The notes: generated from the sequence alone by a model not told the origin. A stretch of 64,000 bases of DNA from Rebecca billardiae RCC1528 (GCA_965240325.2 OZ251227.1:1736001-1800000); one strand, 5' to 3'. Positions 10,111 through 22,219 are shown, numbered from the stretch's first letter. Made by a program: numbers and translations.

Positions 10111-12353
10111 AGCCACCGGACTTCAGATGGCGGCCCGCAGCCGTCCGGCTGAGGCACGCCGTCCTCTTGCCCAGCGTCACGATACATCGAGCCGCGCAAG
10201 GCATCGCGAGACTCCGACATTCTCCGCCGCGCCCGGAGCAACTCGGAGACAACTCGGACTGGGCGCCGTGCGCGGACTGCTCGAAGTTAGGGTGGCACCA
10301 TCAGTAGGCCTGCTGTCAGACTGGGCACCAGTCCTCGGTGACACCGTTCCACACGAGTCGCGGGTAAGTTCATTGCGCTTCTACCCGCACGTGCCCTCGC
10401 CTACCGGCGGAGGCCACGATCTGGCACGACTCATCTATCTCGGCCATCAGTCACGTCATCAGTCCGGAGCCCCAAACCCTGCCCCCTGGGTTTGGGGCTA
10501 CCGACGCATATCCATATATGCGTCATGTAACTACATATCCGTCCGCTCGTCGCCCTCTGGCTCTGGGGCAGTCCTTAGCCCCGCCTGGTCGCTTCCGGCG
10601 GTGGCCCCAGTGGATGGACCTATCGCCCACACGCGGTATACCGTACAGGGAGCATCCACGCTTCTTCTTCATTCAGTCTAACACTACCTGCATCACCGAG
10701 TACTCTGTACTGAGTTATCCGCCGAGTAGTCCTGATGAGTGACTCCGAGTCGCGCGGTGACTCGGTGGCCGCTGCTCACCCGTGGATGCCGGTTCAATAT
10801 AACTGAATAAGATATCGTTCGTCACGGAGTGAGTCCGAGATCCGAGCCTCAGCCCGGTCGCCCCGCACGGGCTGAAGCCTGACGGCGTGCAGCGGTGCTT
10901 AGCCTTAGCTGCCCGCAATGCGGTGTCGCGGCTAGGGCCAGACTCCAGAGGCCTTATGGCGCCGCAACAATCATCATCATATCATCCTAAGACTGGCGCG
11001 CAGCTTCCATCATATAGCAGATCGCCATCGATCATCGTCAACTTTCAATATACTAGTTGTCTGGTAGTGGATACTGTATGCAGTAGCGGAGCGTTGCGCC
11101 AGCTGGATTCCAAACCCAGGCTGTCAGCCCGACTAGCTACACTGCTGCTGTGCAGATGATGCCCTGAGCAGCTACCGGAAAAGCGCCGCCGAAAAAGCAA
11201 AATGATTTGGATCATCAATATTGGATCTATAGTCCCTCACAAGTTTAAGCCTCCCGACATTGTTCGCCATATCAGCGCAGCAAAGCAGCGGCGCGCCACC
11301 ATACCAGGGGCGTACCTGGCCCACTCCACTGCCGTGCACATGAGGTGCGCCCGGACCCGATTGCTCGAGTCCTCGCAAATAGGCGTGGCTGTGCATCCTG
11401 GGTTGACATTTGGTACCCGGCGGCCGGCGAGCCCGACTGGCGGCGAGCAGACCTGCCTGCGTGCCGCCGGCTGTCGGCAGCCTCCGTGCGCTGAGCCGCG
11501 CGCCGCGCGGTGCGTGTGCGACGTAGCTCCGCCCACGCCACGCATGCACCCTCGCGCCGCGCCGCCAGCTTGGCGCTGCCGTCAGCCAGAGCCGATCGAG
11601 TGCATGCCCGAGCCTGCTCCGAGAGCATCAATATGGGCTGCGTGTGGCTGCGCGTGCACTTTCGTCGCCTAATTTTGCCAGCGTCGAGTTGGCGCGTGGC
11701 ACGCCCACCGTAGCAGCACGACTCCCGAATGCACAAAAGCCGGGGGTCAGCTGAATTAATGCAGCTCACACGACCGCGCTCCACGCCGAAAACCAGCCCG
11801 TAGCTGCCCGCCAGCTGGCTCGTGCATGCGCACCGACTGCCGGGCGCATCGACACCGTGGCGCACAGAGCGCGGGTGCCGCGGCCGGGTGGGTATGTACT
11901 GACGCGGCTGGGCCTGGTGCATGCGCGGGCGGATGGGCTCTGCCCGGGTCGGCGCGTAGCGGGCGTGCGGGCTGAGACAAAGTCGTGCCGGCTGCAGCCG
12001 GCAACTAAATTTGTGGGTCCCTATGCTGGCGGCGGCACACGCGTGCGCCGCCGCCGTCGCGGCGGCGGCCGGCGGCGGCGGACTCGTGCTTTCGCGCGCT
12101 TTCAGATCGCGAGGGTGGGAGGGCGCCCACTCGTCTGAGCGGCGGGAAGGCTGCTGCCCCTCTTTCCCGCGCGCGCATACACGCACGAAGTGCGCAGCCA
12201 CAAGCCATGGCCGAAGACGACTGTGCGCGCAGGCGTCAGCGCGCCTGCGTTCTCGACATGCGCCCTGGCAAGCGCTGCGCGCCCATCGCCGCGCCAGTCT
12301 GAGTGACCGCACGAGTGCGTGCGCGCGCGCGCGCATGCACAGATGTCAAGCCG

Positions 12354-14228
12354 ATGACTGGGCTCCTCGAGGACGACAGCTCGGGCGACGAGGCCATGCC
12401 GGCAGATAAGGAGCCGATGCCGCAGAGCTCGTTCCCTACAGTCAGCAGCAAGCCGCTCGCCGCCGCGTCCATGGACCCGTCGAGCGCGCAGAACTTGGCA
12501 CGCTCCACTTCTGTGCCGCGCGTCTCGGACCGGCACACATCGGAGGGCGGTCCGAGCACGGATGGAGCTCGTCGTGCAGTCGGCGATTCAAGCGCGCACG
12601 TGCCCATTCACTCTCTTCCAACAGCCTCTGCCGCGCACGTTCGAAGCTCTCCTGCACCCACGGCAAACGCGCCCGCCCCATCAGTGCCACCCCGCGGACA
12701 CGATCCGGACGGGTCGCCGCCAGGGATGCGGGCCGGCGATGCTGCGCAGCGCGCATCGGCCGCAGATGGTGCGCCGGCGAAAGCTCTCGTCCCGTCGACT
12801 GATCCCGCAAGCGCCGAGACGCCTCCGCCGACAAGCAGCACGACTGCGACAGGCGCGCCCGGCTCGAAGCGCACGTTTGTGGCGCCGACGGCCTCGCCAG
12901 CTTCGGGCACAGGCGCGGCCGATCCAACTTGCAAGGATGCGTTTCGGCCGTTACTCGAGGGCTCGGGGCGCAGCATCGCGCGGCCAGTCACGCAGCTACG
13001 CGCGCAACCGACGCAGCCGCAGCAGACGCCGTCACGTGCGCGCCAGATCATGGCGCCGCCGCCTCCAAAGGGTGCGGCTTGGCCGAGCAGCTTGAGGCCC
13101 TCGGCTCGGGGCGATGCCGGCCCAAAGCGCAGTGACGCGCCTGCTGGCGATGCCCGCGGCGGCGAAGTGAACGAGCGCGGCAGCGATGGTGCTTCTTCCG
13201 AGCGCGCGCCTGGTTCCCAGGCGCGCCCCAAGCCGGCGTCGCAGCTCCTTGCGAAATTGCAGGGAGTCGGCGCAGCCCCAGCGCCCACCTCCGACCTCGC
13301 CAGCCGCGCCTTCACTGATCTGCGCGGGCACAGCGCGGCTGCTCGCCAGCGGCACTCGGCAGCGGGATCGGCTGCAGAGGGCAACCCACGCCGCGCTGAT
13401 CGCGATCCTGCCGAGCGCGCCGGTGGCTCCCAGGCGCGCCCCGCGTCGGCCGCCCAGCCCGCTCCAAGCACGCCGAGCAGCATCGCAGCGCCACCGCCCA
13501 GCTCTGGCCCCACCGTGAGCTCCGGCAGCAGCCTGCGCACAACCCACGGCGCGGCCGGGCAGCGCGAGCCGGCAGTGGTACAAGGCAGTGACCTGCGCGG
13601 CGGTGACGGGCGCCGCGCTCGCGAGGAGCGCATGGCGTGTGGGCAGCCACGCCCCGCCTCGGCCACGCAGGCCGCCCCGATCAAGCCGAACTCACGCGCT
13701 GCGCAGCCGCCCAACGGCAAGGCGGGCCCGCGCGCAGAACCGGCAACGGATGCAGACGGGCGTGCCCCATCCGGCCTCTCCAGCGGCACAGCGCCGGCGC
13801 AGCAGCCCGCTCGAGTTGCAAAGCGAGCGAGGCCTCCGGACGGAACAGTGGCACCGGCATCGGTAGCGCTGGCCCCGCGCTCGCTCATGTGCAACCCAAG
13901 CTCCAGGCCGCAGGATGCCTCGCAGCTGGCCGGCACGGACGCTGTACCAGGCGCCCGTCCGCGCGGAGGCATCCCGCGTCCCGCGGCCGAGCACGCGAGC
14001 AGCGACCCTGACGAGCAGGTCAAGAAGCTCAAGAAGCGCCTCGACAAGGTGACGTCCGGCATCGCCGCGGCCGCCGCAAAGGTGCCCGTGCTCCCGTACG
14101 GCGATTTGGCGGCGGGCCTCAATCTGGTGGAGGCACACACGCGCGTGTACGCGCTTTGCGACACGCTTGGCCTCGACAACCCTGGCAACCTCATGACCAC
14201 GCTCAGCCTCGCAGCGCGCGGCGGCTGA
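12354..14228 (+). CDS. Hypothetical low-complexity (Ala/Pro/Ser-rich) protein with a short helical C-terminal domain
   Basis: Long ORF; C-terminal DEQVKKLKKRLDKVTSGI...YALCDTLGLDNPG looks structured. No family recognised. Confidence 0.6.
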   Translation: MTGLLEDDSSGDEAMPADKEPMPQSSFPTVSSKPLAAASMDPSSAQNLARSTSVPRVSDRHTSEGGPSTDGARRAVGDSSAHVPIHSLPTASAAHVRSSPAPTANAPAPSVPPRGHDPDGSPPGMRAGDAAQRASAADGAPAKALVPSTDPASAETPPPTSSTTATGAPGSKRTFVAPTASPASGTGAADPTCKDAFRPLLEGSGRSIARPVTQLRAQPTQPQQTPSRARQIMAPPPPKGAAWPSSLRPSARGDAGPKRSDAPAGDARGGEVNERGSDGASSERAPGSQARPKPASQLLAKLQGVGAAPAPTSDLASRAFTDLRGHSAAARQRHSAAGSAAEGNPRRADRDPAERAGGSQARPASAAQPAPSTPSSIAAPPPSSGPTVSSGSSLRTTHGAAGQREPAVVQGSDLRGGDGRRAREERMACGQPRPASATQAAPIKPNSRAAQPPNGKAGPRAEPATDADGRAPSGLSSGTAPAQQPARVAKRARPPDGTVAPASVALAPRSLMCNPSSRPQDASQLAGTDAVPGARPRGGIPRPAAEHASSDPDEQVKKLKKRLDKVTSGIAAAAAKVPVLPYGDLAAGLNLVEAHTRVYALCDTLGLDNPGNLMTTLSLAARGG

Positions 14229-15176
14229 CGTACCCGACCGCCTACTCGCCCTTCCGCTAGCATCTCCTCCGTGGTCCCCCTGCTTCCCGCATTGCCCCAC
14301 GGCAGGCACAGGCGACTAGCAGCGCGAGACCCATCACGCGCCAGCCAGCTATAGCCTAGATACAGGCCCGACTGAGTCGGCGCCGAGCCGTGGCCCGGCG
14401 CCGGGCCCAGCGCAGCATGAGCTGTTGAGCAGCTCTGCTACGACTCGAGCAGTAGTCTGTCACACATCAGGCATCAGTGTCAGCTGCTGCGCGCGCATAT
14501 ATTGCATTACCCTAGGATAAATTTGTTATATTAATAAACTGCTAGCTGGGCGGTCTGCGTCAGTCGCCTAGTACTAGTAGTAGTACGGCTGAGACTCCGT
14601 ACTGATACCCGGAGAGGCCGCGCCGACTACTCGCCTGTTACAGTACGTATACATACCAGCGGCAGATCGGATTTTGATCGCGCGGACTTAGTAACTATTT
14701 CTAGACTACGATGAATATTATATCGTCCGTGAATAATCCCGGATACATGACGACTACGAAAATAATAAATAATGATGATCATGCTGATGATTAATGATGC
14801 CCCCAATAAATTTTAATTTTAACTGATTATGGCCCGCGGTGCAGGGCGGAGCAGCGCAGCGTGGAGCCCGCTCCGTGGGCCCTAACCACGTTTCAAAAAG
14901 ATATTTGATCAAGAAAAAAGGGACGGGGGACGATTTTCAGGGCTGGAGGAGACCGAGTTTCGAATTTTGAGACCGCACGTAAGGTATCCATCCGGCGACA
15001 AAAGGTCGCGCCCACGACAAGTTCATATTGGAGTGACGCCCGTCCAAAAAACTTCACGCCCTTTAGGATCCATAACGTAACGAACCGTTACAAGCGATTT
15101 TTTCCAGCCAATGAGATTGCAGCAAGGTCCAAGGAGCGATGACGTATCTAGATAGAGATTGCCGCGAACCGTCAAC

Positions 15177-16292
15177 CAAGGGGAGTCAGGGTACAGCACG
15201 TCCAGTTGGGCTGCAGCTGGAGCTTGGGTACAAAAGCTTCCCGCGGCGCAGCGGCACTCGCCGCCGCCGCCGCCGTCGAGGGGCGGTTGTGGCGCGCACG
15301 GCGTGAGCCGCTGCGGGCGCTGAGGTGCGCGCGACGGCGGCGCGCCCGGCGGCGCTGCTGTAGGAGGCCACTGCCCTCCTCTCTGCCCCGCGCGCTTCGC
15401 TCGTCGTCGCCGTCTCCGCGCCTGCGACTCAGCGCGCACGCGAGCGCCGCACCGCCCGGCAGCCGGGGCAATCTCAGCCGTGACTGCGCATGTGCGTCGC
15501 GACCTGGTCGGCCCAGCGCGCGAGGCGCGTGCGGGCGAGGTAGGGCCAGTATGGGCGCGCGCCATGCCGCCTCGACCTTGCGCCGGTGGGCATGTCGCGG
15601 GCCTTGCACCTCTGTCGACGACGTTGACAAACAATGCGGCACCCAAGCGCAGACGTCAGTGTGCACGATCGAGGCAGTAGGCGTACAGACGCGATAGTTG
15701 CAGAGCCTTTTGTGATCATGCGAGTCATACATTGTCAACGACTCTCGCCCAGGTCGTCTGCGCGCTGAACTGACGTTTTGACTGAGTGCCTCGAGATCGC
15801 CTCGACGATGGCCCGTGCATTGCTTGAACACAGTCCAAGCGGCCAACCAGACACACGTGCTCAGTTCCCTGTTGTACGCTCTGATGGGCTTACTTGAGGC
15901 GGCATGGCGCGCGCCCATACTGGCCCTACCTCGCCCGCACGCGCCTCGCGCGCTGGGCCGACCAGGTCGCGACGCACATGCGCAGTCACGGCTGAGATTG
16001 CCCCGGCTGCCGGGCGGTGCGGCGCTCGCGTGCGCGCTGAGTCGCAGGCGCGGAGACGGCGACGACGAGCGAAGCGCGCGGGGCAGAGAGGAGGGCAGTG
16101 GCCTCCTACAGCAGCGCCGCCGGGCGCGCCGCCGTCGCGCGCACCTCAGCGCCCGCAGCGGCTCACGCCGTGCGCGCCACAACCGCCCCTCGACGGCGGC
16201 GGCGGCGGCGAGTGCCGCTGCGCCGCGGGAAGCTTTTGTACCCAAGCTCCAGCTGCAGCCCAACTGGACGTGCTGTACCCTGACTCCCCTTG
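15177..16292. mobile_element. Foldback element with 397-bp TIRs and a 7-bp flanking direct repeat (P-superfamily-like)
   Basis: 15177-15573 is the reverse complement of 15896-16292. Termini CAAGGGG...CCCCTTG; CGTCAAC on both sides (15170-15176, 16293-16299). Absent from the family-1 copy at ~37620. Confidence 0.85.
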
Positions 16293-16362
16293 CGTCAACC
16301 GATGTGACCATGTACGTCCCTTGAATCAGTTGAATCAACTATTCAATCGCGCCGTGTCTGTA

Positions 16363-16895
16363 AGGGGTTAAGCCACTATAACTGTCAGGCAGCCGCCATC
16401 GTGCGGCGACGTGCCACGGCCGACGTGCGCGAATTTGTGCGACGGCGGCAGCGACGAGGTCGCGGTCCCCGGCCGCTCCGACGCGCTCTTGACTTCCGCG
16501 TGGGACGTGCGGAGGTCAAGAACCCATCCTACTCGTCGCCGGTGCCAACCTCGCCGCTAGCGGCGTCGCACAAATTTGATGATTGGTACCTTGGGCATGG
16601 CCCGCGGCCCGCATGCCAGGTCCGCGCGGCGCTCGGTGGGCAAGCGAGCCAAGGGGCGCAGCGAGTCCGGTGCGGCTGTCGTACGGGTCGAGCGCGAGCG
16701 CCGAGTCGCAGCCGCGCGCGCGCCGCGCCGCTGGCGCCGGGTCGCCCGGGGGAGAAGGCGCAGCTGCAGTGCTCCTCTGCCATCACGCGATCCGCCGGCA
16801 GAAAGACCAGACTTTGCGCCCAGTTTTGACCAAAACGATGGGTTTTTAACTCCGCGCGATCTGGGTAACCTGACACTTATAGTGGCTCGGCCCTT
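16363..16895. mobile_element. MITE, ~27-bp imperfect TIRs, TA TSD
   Basis: Left AGGGGTTAAGCCACTATAACTGTCAGG vs right (revcomp) AAGGGCCGAGCCACTATAAGTGTCAGG. The empty site GTCTG-TA-TCAG is visible in the paralogous copy near 37560. Confidence 0.85.
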
Positions 16896-18164
16896 TATCA
16901 GAAGCCGACAGCGGACAGGGCAAGGGTCAGTACTCATCAGTAGCCGATGCGCCAACCTCGCGGCGTATCTCAATACTATCTGACACGAGTCTGGAGCCGG
17001 CTACGAAAACAAAGCCAAACCTAAAAACCTTGGTTGCCGCGGCTGCGGCGAGACTCACGCTCCGCGATCGAGGGGGCGAGCCGCACGCCAGCGACCGACG
17101 GGTGAGGACGGCGATGGGCAGGTGCGCGCGGCGAGTTGCGCCTGGAGCGCGCGGCTGCGGCGGGTCCCGACTGCCGTCGACATCGCGTTCGTGCCCCCGC
17201 TCACTCCGCGCGCCCCCGCCGCCCCGTGTCGATGCCTGCGCGCCGGGCCGCGCGCCGGTCCGGCCGGGGCGCCCCGGCCGCGCCGCGGCAGCCGCCCTGT
17301 ATTCGGGCTCTCGCAAGCTCGGGGGCAGCGGCGCCTGATGCCGGACTGATCGATCTCTGAGTCTTCGACTTCACCACGCGCCGCCCTTGCCATGCCTTTC
17401 CGGGGAGCGCCGACGATCCGAGTCCATCGTCGACGGTCGACTCTGAGCGAGGGCTACGCCTCGGAACTGAACGGTCACTCTACGAGGAGGACGAGCTGCG
17501 CGGGCGACGGTGGTGCGTGACGTCCCCAGAGCTGGCTGGGCCTCTGCAACGCGTGCCGAGCCTGATCGAGGTGTGTCAGCCCGTGCACGCGCGGCGTGCG
17601 CGAACGATCCGTGACTGGTGCCCGATCGCACCTCCGACCTCGGCACCGTGCTCCCTCGGGCTGTCAGCTCCGCGTGGCCTGGCGTGCACGTAGAGTTGCG
17701 CTCATGCGTCGATCACGCCTCGCGCCCGCCTGTCGGCCGTCGCGCAGGCGCTGGTCGAACCCTACTCGGACCAGTGCAAATCATCTAACTATCCTGGCGC
17801 TGCCGGTGCGCGGTGACCCGCGGGACAGCGGTCAGTCAGCAGCAGCGGCCCGAACGAATCCGCGGCCCCGCACCGTGCTCCCTGGCTGTCAGCTTCGCGT
17901 GGCCTGGCGTGCACGTGGAGTCGCGCTCATGCGTCGATCACGCCTCGTCGCATCCGCCTGTACACAATCGGCGCCGCGCCGGCGGCTGCGAAGTGCGATG
18001 GGCCCGCGCCCGCGGCGCGGCGGGCGGCGGCGCGCCGCTGGAGTCTAGTTGTACGGGCATGCAACTCCGGGTCTGTCAATAGACGACTGCGATGGAGGGT
18101 GCACCGCCACCGCGGGCCCTGAACTACGTTCGTTCTACGGAAAAGGACCGCGGAACGCGGTCAT

Positions 18165-18317
18165 ATATTAACGACGTGGTATGCAACGGGCAGGCGTCAG
18201 AGTCAGCAAGCTGTAGCAGCAGATTATATATATATATATATGTATATATGTATATATATATTAACGACGTGGTATGCAACGGGCAGGCGTCAGAGTCAGC
18301 AAGCTGTAGCAGCAGAT
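18165..18317 (+). repeat. ~59-bp direct repeat separated by a (TA)n microsatellite
   Basis: ATATTAACGACGTGGTATGCAACGGGCAGGCGTCAGAGTCAGCAAGCTGTAGCAGCAGAT occurs at ~18165 and ~18258. Confidence 0.9.
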
Positions 18318-18388
18318 CGAGCAGCAGAGACAAACACCAGGATCAGCGCTCCTCGCCGTCGTCCCCCCCCTCATAGTCGATATGTGTA

Positions 18389-20346
18389 AACTTTTCTGAG
18401 GATAGCGCACCAGCAATTTCCCTTGACCGCCATCCGGGCCGAAGTGGCGCAAAATGGCGGATGCCCCGTTTGGGCGCCCTTCCGCGCCTTCGAGCGGCTC
18501 GTGCGCGTCGGGAAGTGCGCCGAAGCGTATCCGGAGCATGCTCCATCGACGCGTCGCACTGTTGGGCCCTTGCATGCGAGCCCATGCCAACGTCTGAGTG
18601 CGCCTCGCTGCGCACGGTACAGCTTGACGGTACACGGCACGATTCGGGCCGCGAGCAGCCTCGTGCGCGCGACCGAGCCAGAGGTGGTCGTCACGAGTAG
18701 CACGAGTGGCGGCACACGCGCGGGTCTGGTCGTTGCCGAATATCTGACGCACCAATCGACCTCGCCCAGCGCTATCTGCTCGTTTGTGCACGTGTTGGAA
18801 AGGATGAGCAGCTGCCTGCAAACGCCGAGCGCACAGATGAGGCGTGGGCGAGCGAAGGGGCGGCGAGGGCCGGCGCGTGCGCGCGCGTAAATTCGAGCCT
18901 CCCAATACGCATCGAAACACACCACGCTCGCTCGTCGAGCTGCGCATGGGCATCGGTGCGCGCGCGCCAACGCGGCGCGCCGTGCGCGCGCCTGGCGGCT
19001 GCACACGTGCTCGCGCGCGCACGCGTGCGTGATGGACCGAGGAGGTCGCGCGAGCATGCGCGATGTGTCTGGATGAAGCGTGTATGAGGTGGAGGCTGCG
19101 CTCCGCACGCGCTCCGCCACCGTGCACCGCGCTGCCCTTCGTCCACGCGATCGCCGCCGAGCCCAGATTCAAACGCGCGCGAGCCTGCGAGCGCGCCTCC
19201 GCGCAGCGCTTGCAGCAATCGTGTCGAAGGCTTGGCGAGAGGCAGATGTGCATGGCAAGTAGCGCAATGGGGGTGCCCATCACGCGCACACACCCGCGCA
19301 TGCTCGCCGCACCACCTCGTCGCGCCCACGTTCAGCGCGCGGGGCGCGCTTCGCACCCCGAGCAGCCCTCGGGCAGCTGCTGCGCGCGGCGCGCGCGGCG
19401 AGTAGAACTCAGCCAATGGTCCGAGGGCGAGCCGGCTGAGCGTCGTGCGTGACGCACACGGATCTGGTGCAACGCAGCGTACCACTCGCAGCCACCATCG
19501 CGCCCGTACTAGCGAGCTGTGGCCGCCGCCGACATCGAAAAGCAGCCCAGCCGTCAGCCCATGACAGCCGACAAGCGCGCGACGCGCGCGTCCACCACCG
19601 TGATGAGCACGGATGAGCGCGCGCGCCCGTGTCGTAGCTCAGGTGGGGTCCCCCGATCGCACGCACCACCGCGCTGCCACGTCTGCACCCGCCTTGTGGC
19701 ACCACCCGGGCACGCGCCGGGCAGGCGGCAGAGCCGCCTGCTCGGCAAACGGTCAGCGCGCAGCGAGGATGGAGTCCGGCGAGGGGCGACCGGAGTGTCC
19801 GGCGCGACGGAGGTGGTCCACGCCGTGGTCGCCGACGCGTTCCTCACCACCTCCGAGGCCGTGGTGGCCGCCCGGGAGAAGGAATGCTCCCAATCGCACC
19901 CTGTGCAGTGCTCCTTTGCGCGTGCATCATGAGCCACACTGAGATTTCGTTAGCTGGCCCGAATCCGATGATCCGGTTATTCGCCCAGCAATCGTTGCAT
20001 CGCGGACTATCGGGCCAGCTAACCCTTTCCGTGTGCAGCCGTGCCGCGCGCGCGAGCTCGGCCACATGCGGCTCTTTGCACATGTGCTGCAGATCGGCTC
20101 GTGCTCGGCGAGCGCGGCGAGGAGGAAGGTGCGCGCTCGCGAGCTGGCGCACCTGGGTGTCCTCGCGGCCTCCGAGCAGAAAGAGCGCGTCGAGCGCCGC
20201 GCCGCAGGTCGCGATCTCGCGATCTCGCGAGCGCGGTCGTGCGAGGGCGGGCCTCTCCATCGCGCGTTTCTGCGTCCAAACGCGGCCTCCGTAAAATCCG
20301 GATGGCGGTCAAGGGAAATTGCTGGTGCGCTATCCTCAGAAAAGTT
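18389..20346. mobile_element. Non-autonomous DNA transposon, ~50-bp perfect TIRs, TA-flanked
   Basis: AACTTTTCTGAGGATAGCGCACCAGCAATTTCCCTTGACCGCCATCCGG at 18389 and its reverse complement ending at 20346; TA on both sides; no recognisable transposase inside. Confidence 0.85.
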
Positions 20347-20348
20347 TA

Positions 20349-20383
<35 letters not shown>

Positions 20384-20651
20384 ATACCGTCGGAGCCCGT
20401 GCGCGAGCTCTGTCCGCTGATGGCCAGAGTAATCCGGTGTCACGGACCTGACGAGTACTGAGTCTGCTAATGATCGGACTGTCAGTGTCACTCGGGCCTC
20501 TCGCACTCGGATGCCCGATTGCGTCAGCCCGCCAGCCGAATCGGCCGGAACCGCGAACGGCGCGGGACACTGTCAAATGACAACCCGCCGGCCGCCGACG
20601 ATGTGAATTGTGATCCGCGACCGCCATCACCATCCTTTGATAAATGGGTGG

Positions 20652-21491
20652 TCATGGCGTCGCCGGCGCAGCTGGGCGCGCGCGTGCCGGGCCGTCCGCT
20701 CCCGGCACTTCTGGCGCCACCTCTGCAGATCTCAGCATTGGCCGCCGTGTCGCTCGCCATCTCCTCACGCCAGCAGAACCAAAAGGGCGTCGCGACGCTT
20801 GTCGCCACGCCAAGCTATCGAGAGCGCGCATGTCAAACACGCTCGCGACGGAGCGCCGCTCCGACACTGGCGCGCCGCACGGGGAGAAGGAGTGCCACAG
20901 GAAGGTAAGCACGATCGCCGCGGAGCCGATGATGAACGCGAAGAGAAGCGTGATCTCTGCCGCCTGAAAGATCACCTGGTCCGTCCCACCGACCAGGAGC
21001 AGGTATGCGCTCATGTGTCCGCTGAGGAGAGCCGTGAGGCTGATCATGATGTACACGACGATGACGCAGCCCGTGAAGAAGCTCACGAAGAACAAGCCGG
21101 TGAGCACCCGCTCGCCCAGCACGTAGCACACGATGCGTGCGGGCATCCGCGCCCGACGCAGTCGGTACGGCTCTTTGCAGATCATGCATCGGAACGCGCC
21201 GAACTCGCCCTGCCGCTCGAGCTCGCATTCGAGCCACGTTACGAAGCAGTCGCGACAGATGGCCATGGCGCCGCTCTCCGAGCAGCGGCAGACGGACACA
21301 AGCACCGTCCGCGTTCCATCCCTCTCCCCGGCCGCTTCCATGCACACGTAGCACCTTGGCTCTCCGTCGTCGTGCTCGCTGAGCTGTGGAGTGAGCACCG
21401 TGGTGATGGGCTGCGGAGTAGTCGACGCATCCGGCGGCGTCACCACGTGCCGGATGGGCACCACCGGCTCATCCCAGCCACGCGGCGGCAT
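20652..21491 (-). CDS. RING-CH (MARCH)-like E3 ligase with two TM helices, paralogue 1
   Basis: CYVC...CRCSESGAMAICRDCFVTWL...CMICKEPY followed by two hydrophobic segments. Start Met is uncertain. Confidence 0.85.
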   Translation of the reverse strand: MPPRGWDEPVVPIRHVVTPPDASTTPQPITTVLTPQLSEHDDGEPRCYVCMEAAGERDGTRTVLVSVCRCSESGAMAICRDCFVTWLECELERQGEFGAFRCMICKEPYRLRRARMPARIVCYVLGERVLTGLFFVSFFTGCVIVVYIMISLTALLSGHMSAYLLLVGGTDQVIFQAAEITLLFAFIIGSAAIVLTFLWHSFSPCGAPVSERRSVASVFDMRALDSLAWRQASRRPFGSAGVRRWRATRRPMLRSAEVAPEVPGADGPARARPAAPATP

Positions 21492-22182
21492 CGCGGCAAC
21501 TGCGCGCGGGTGCGAGGTGAGCAGCAACGTGTGCCCCCACACCCACCCCCTTTCATTCCTTTGCACCCAGTCAATCCGAATAGTCAATATAGTCATCAAA
21601 TAATCACCACCCACTCTCGTCCCATCTTTTTTGATAGTCATTTTACCCCGCTCCAGCCTTGCGAGTCAATCTCCGGTGCATCTGAAAAATTATTGAGCCA
21701 TCGGTTCACGCCTAAAGAACGACTGCTATCGTCATATTACCCGAGCAGGAAGGATGGTGGGGAGAGCCTTGCCTCGTCCGTGCCTACCCCCTGCCTCGGT
21801 GGCTGAGAGCACAAGCTTCCGTCCGAATCAGCACTGACTGAAGGAACAGTCTCGGTACGCTGAATGAGAGTGAGACTTATGAACGTCAGTCGCGCGCCAA
21901 TTGCCTCATCAGTGCCGGAAACCGAGCGCTGGCTCCGAGCGGTGACATGCGCGCGCTTAGTGGCACACACCCAATCCTTGACCGAATGTGGCCCGCCATT
22001 TACGTCCTTGCCCATGCGCACCCACATGCCGCCGCGCGAGGCACTGAGAGCTCGCGTGTTTCGCACCCCGGCTGCTGGGCGCTGAGCATTTGTGTCAGGT
22101 CTCGGTCTCTCGCGTGGCCTCCGTCTCGCGTGGGGCGCAGCCTCCGTTCACTGAGAGAATTCAGAATGGCGGCTCACACCGG

Positions 22183-22219
22183 TACAGTTTACTAAGAATA
22201 AGAGACGCACACAGCTCAG
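22183..22219 (+). repeat. Dispersed repeat end 'type B' (TACAGTTTACTAAGAATAAGAGACGCACACAGCTCAG)
   Basis: Further copies at ~7306-7350 (+) and 47292-47334, 47455-47500, 51673-51697 (-). Confidence 0.85.

Larger units (their letters stand above)
14827..18165 (+). mobile_element. Helitron2/Helentron-like non-autonomous element, family 1 copy A, with two nested insertions
   Basis: Inverted copy at 36294-37970. 5' GGCCCGCGGTG (14831-14841) pairs with subterminal CACCGCGGGCC (18108-18118), followed by a terminal hairpin GACCGCG-GAA-CGCGGTC (18146-18162). No TSD. Confidence 0.7.
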
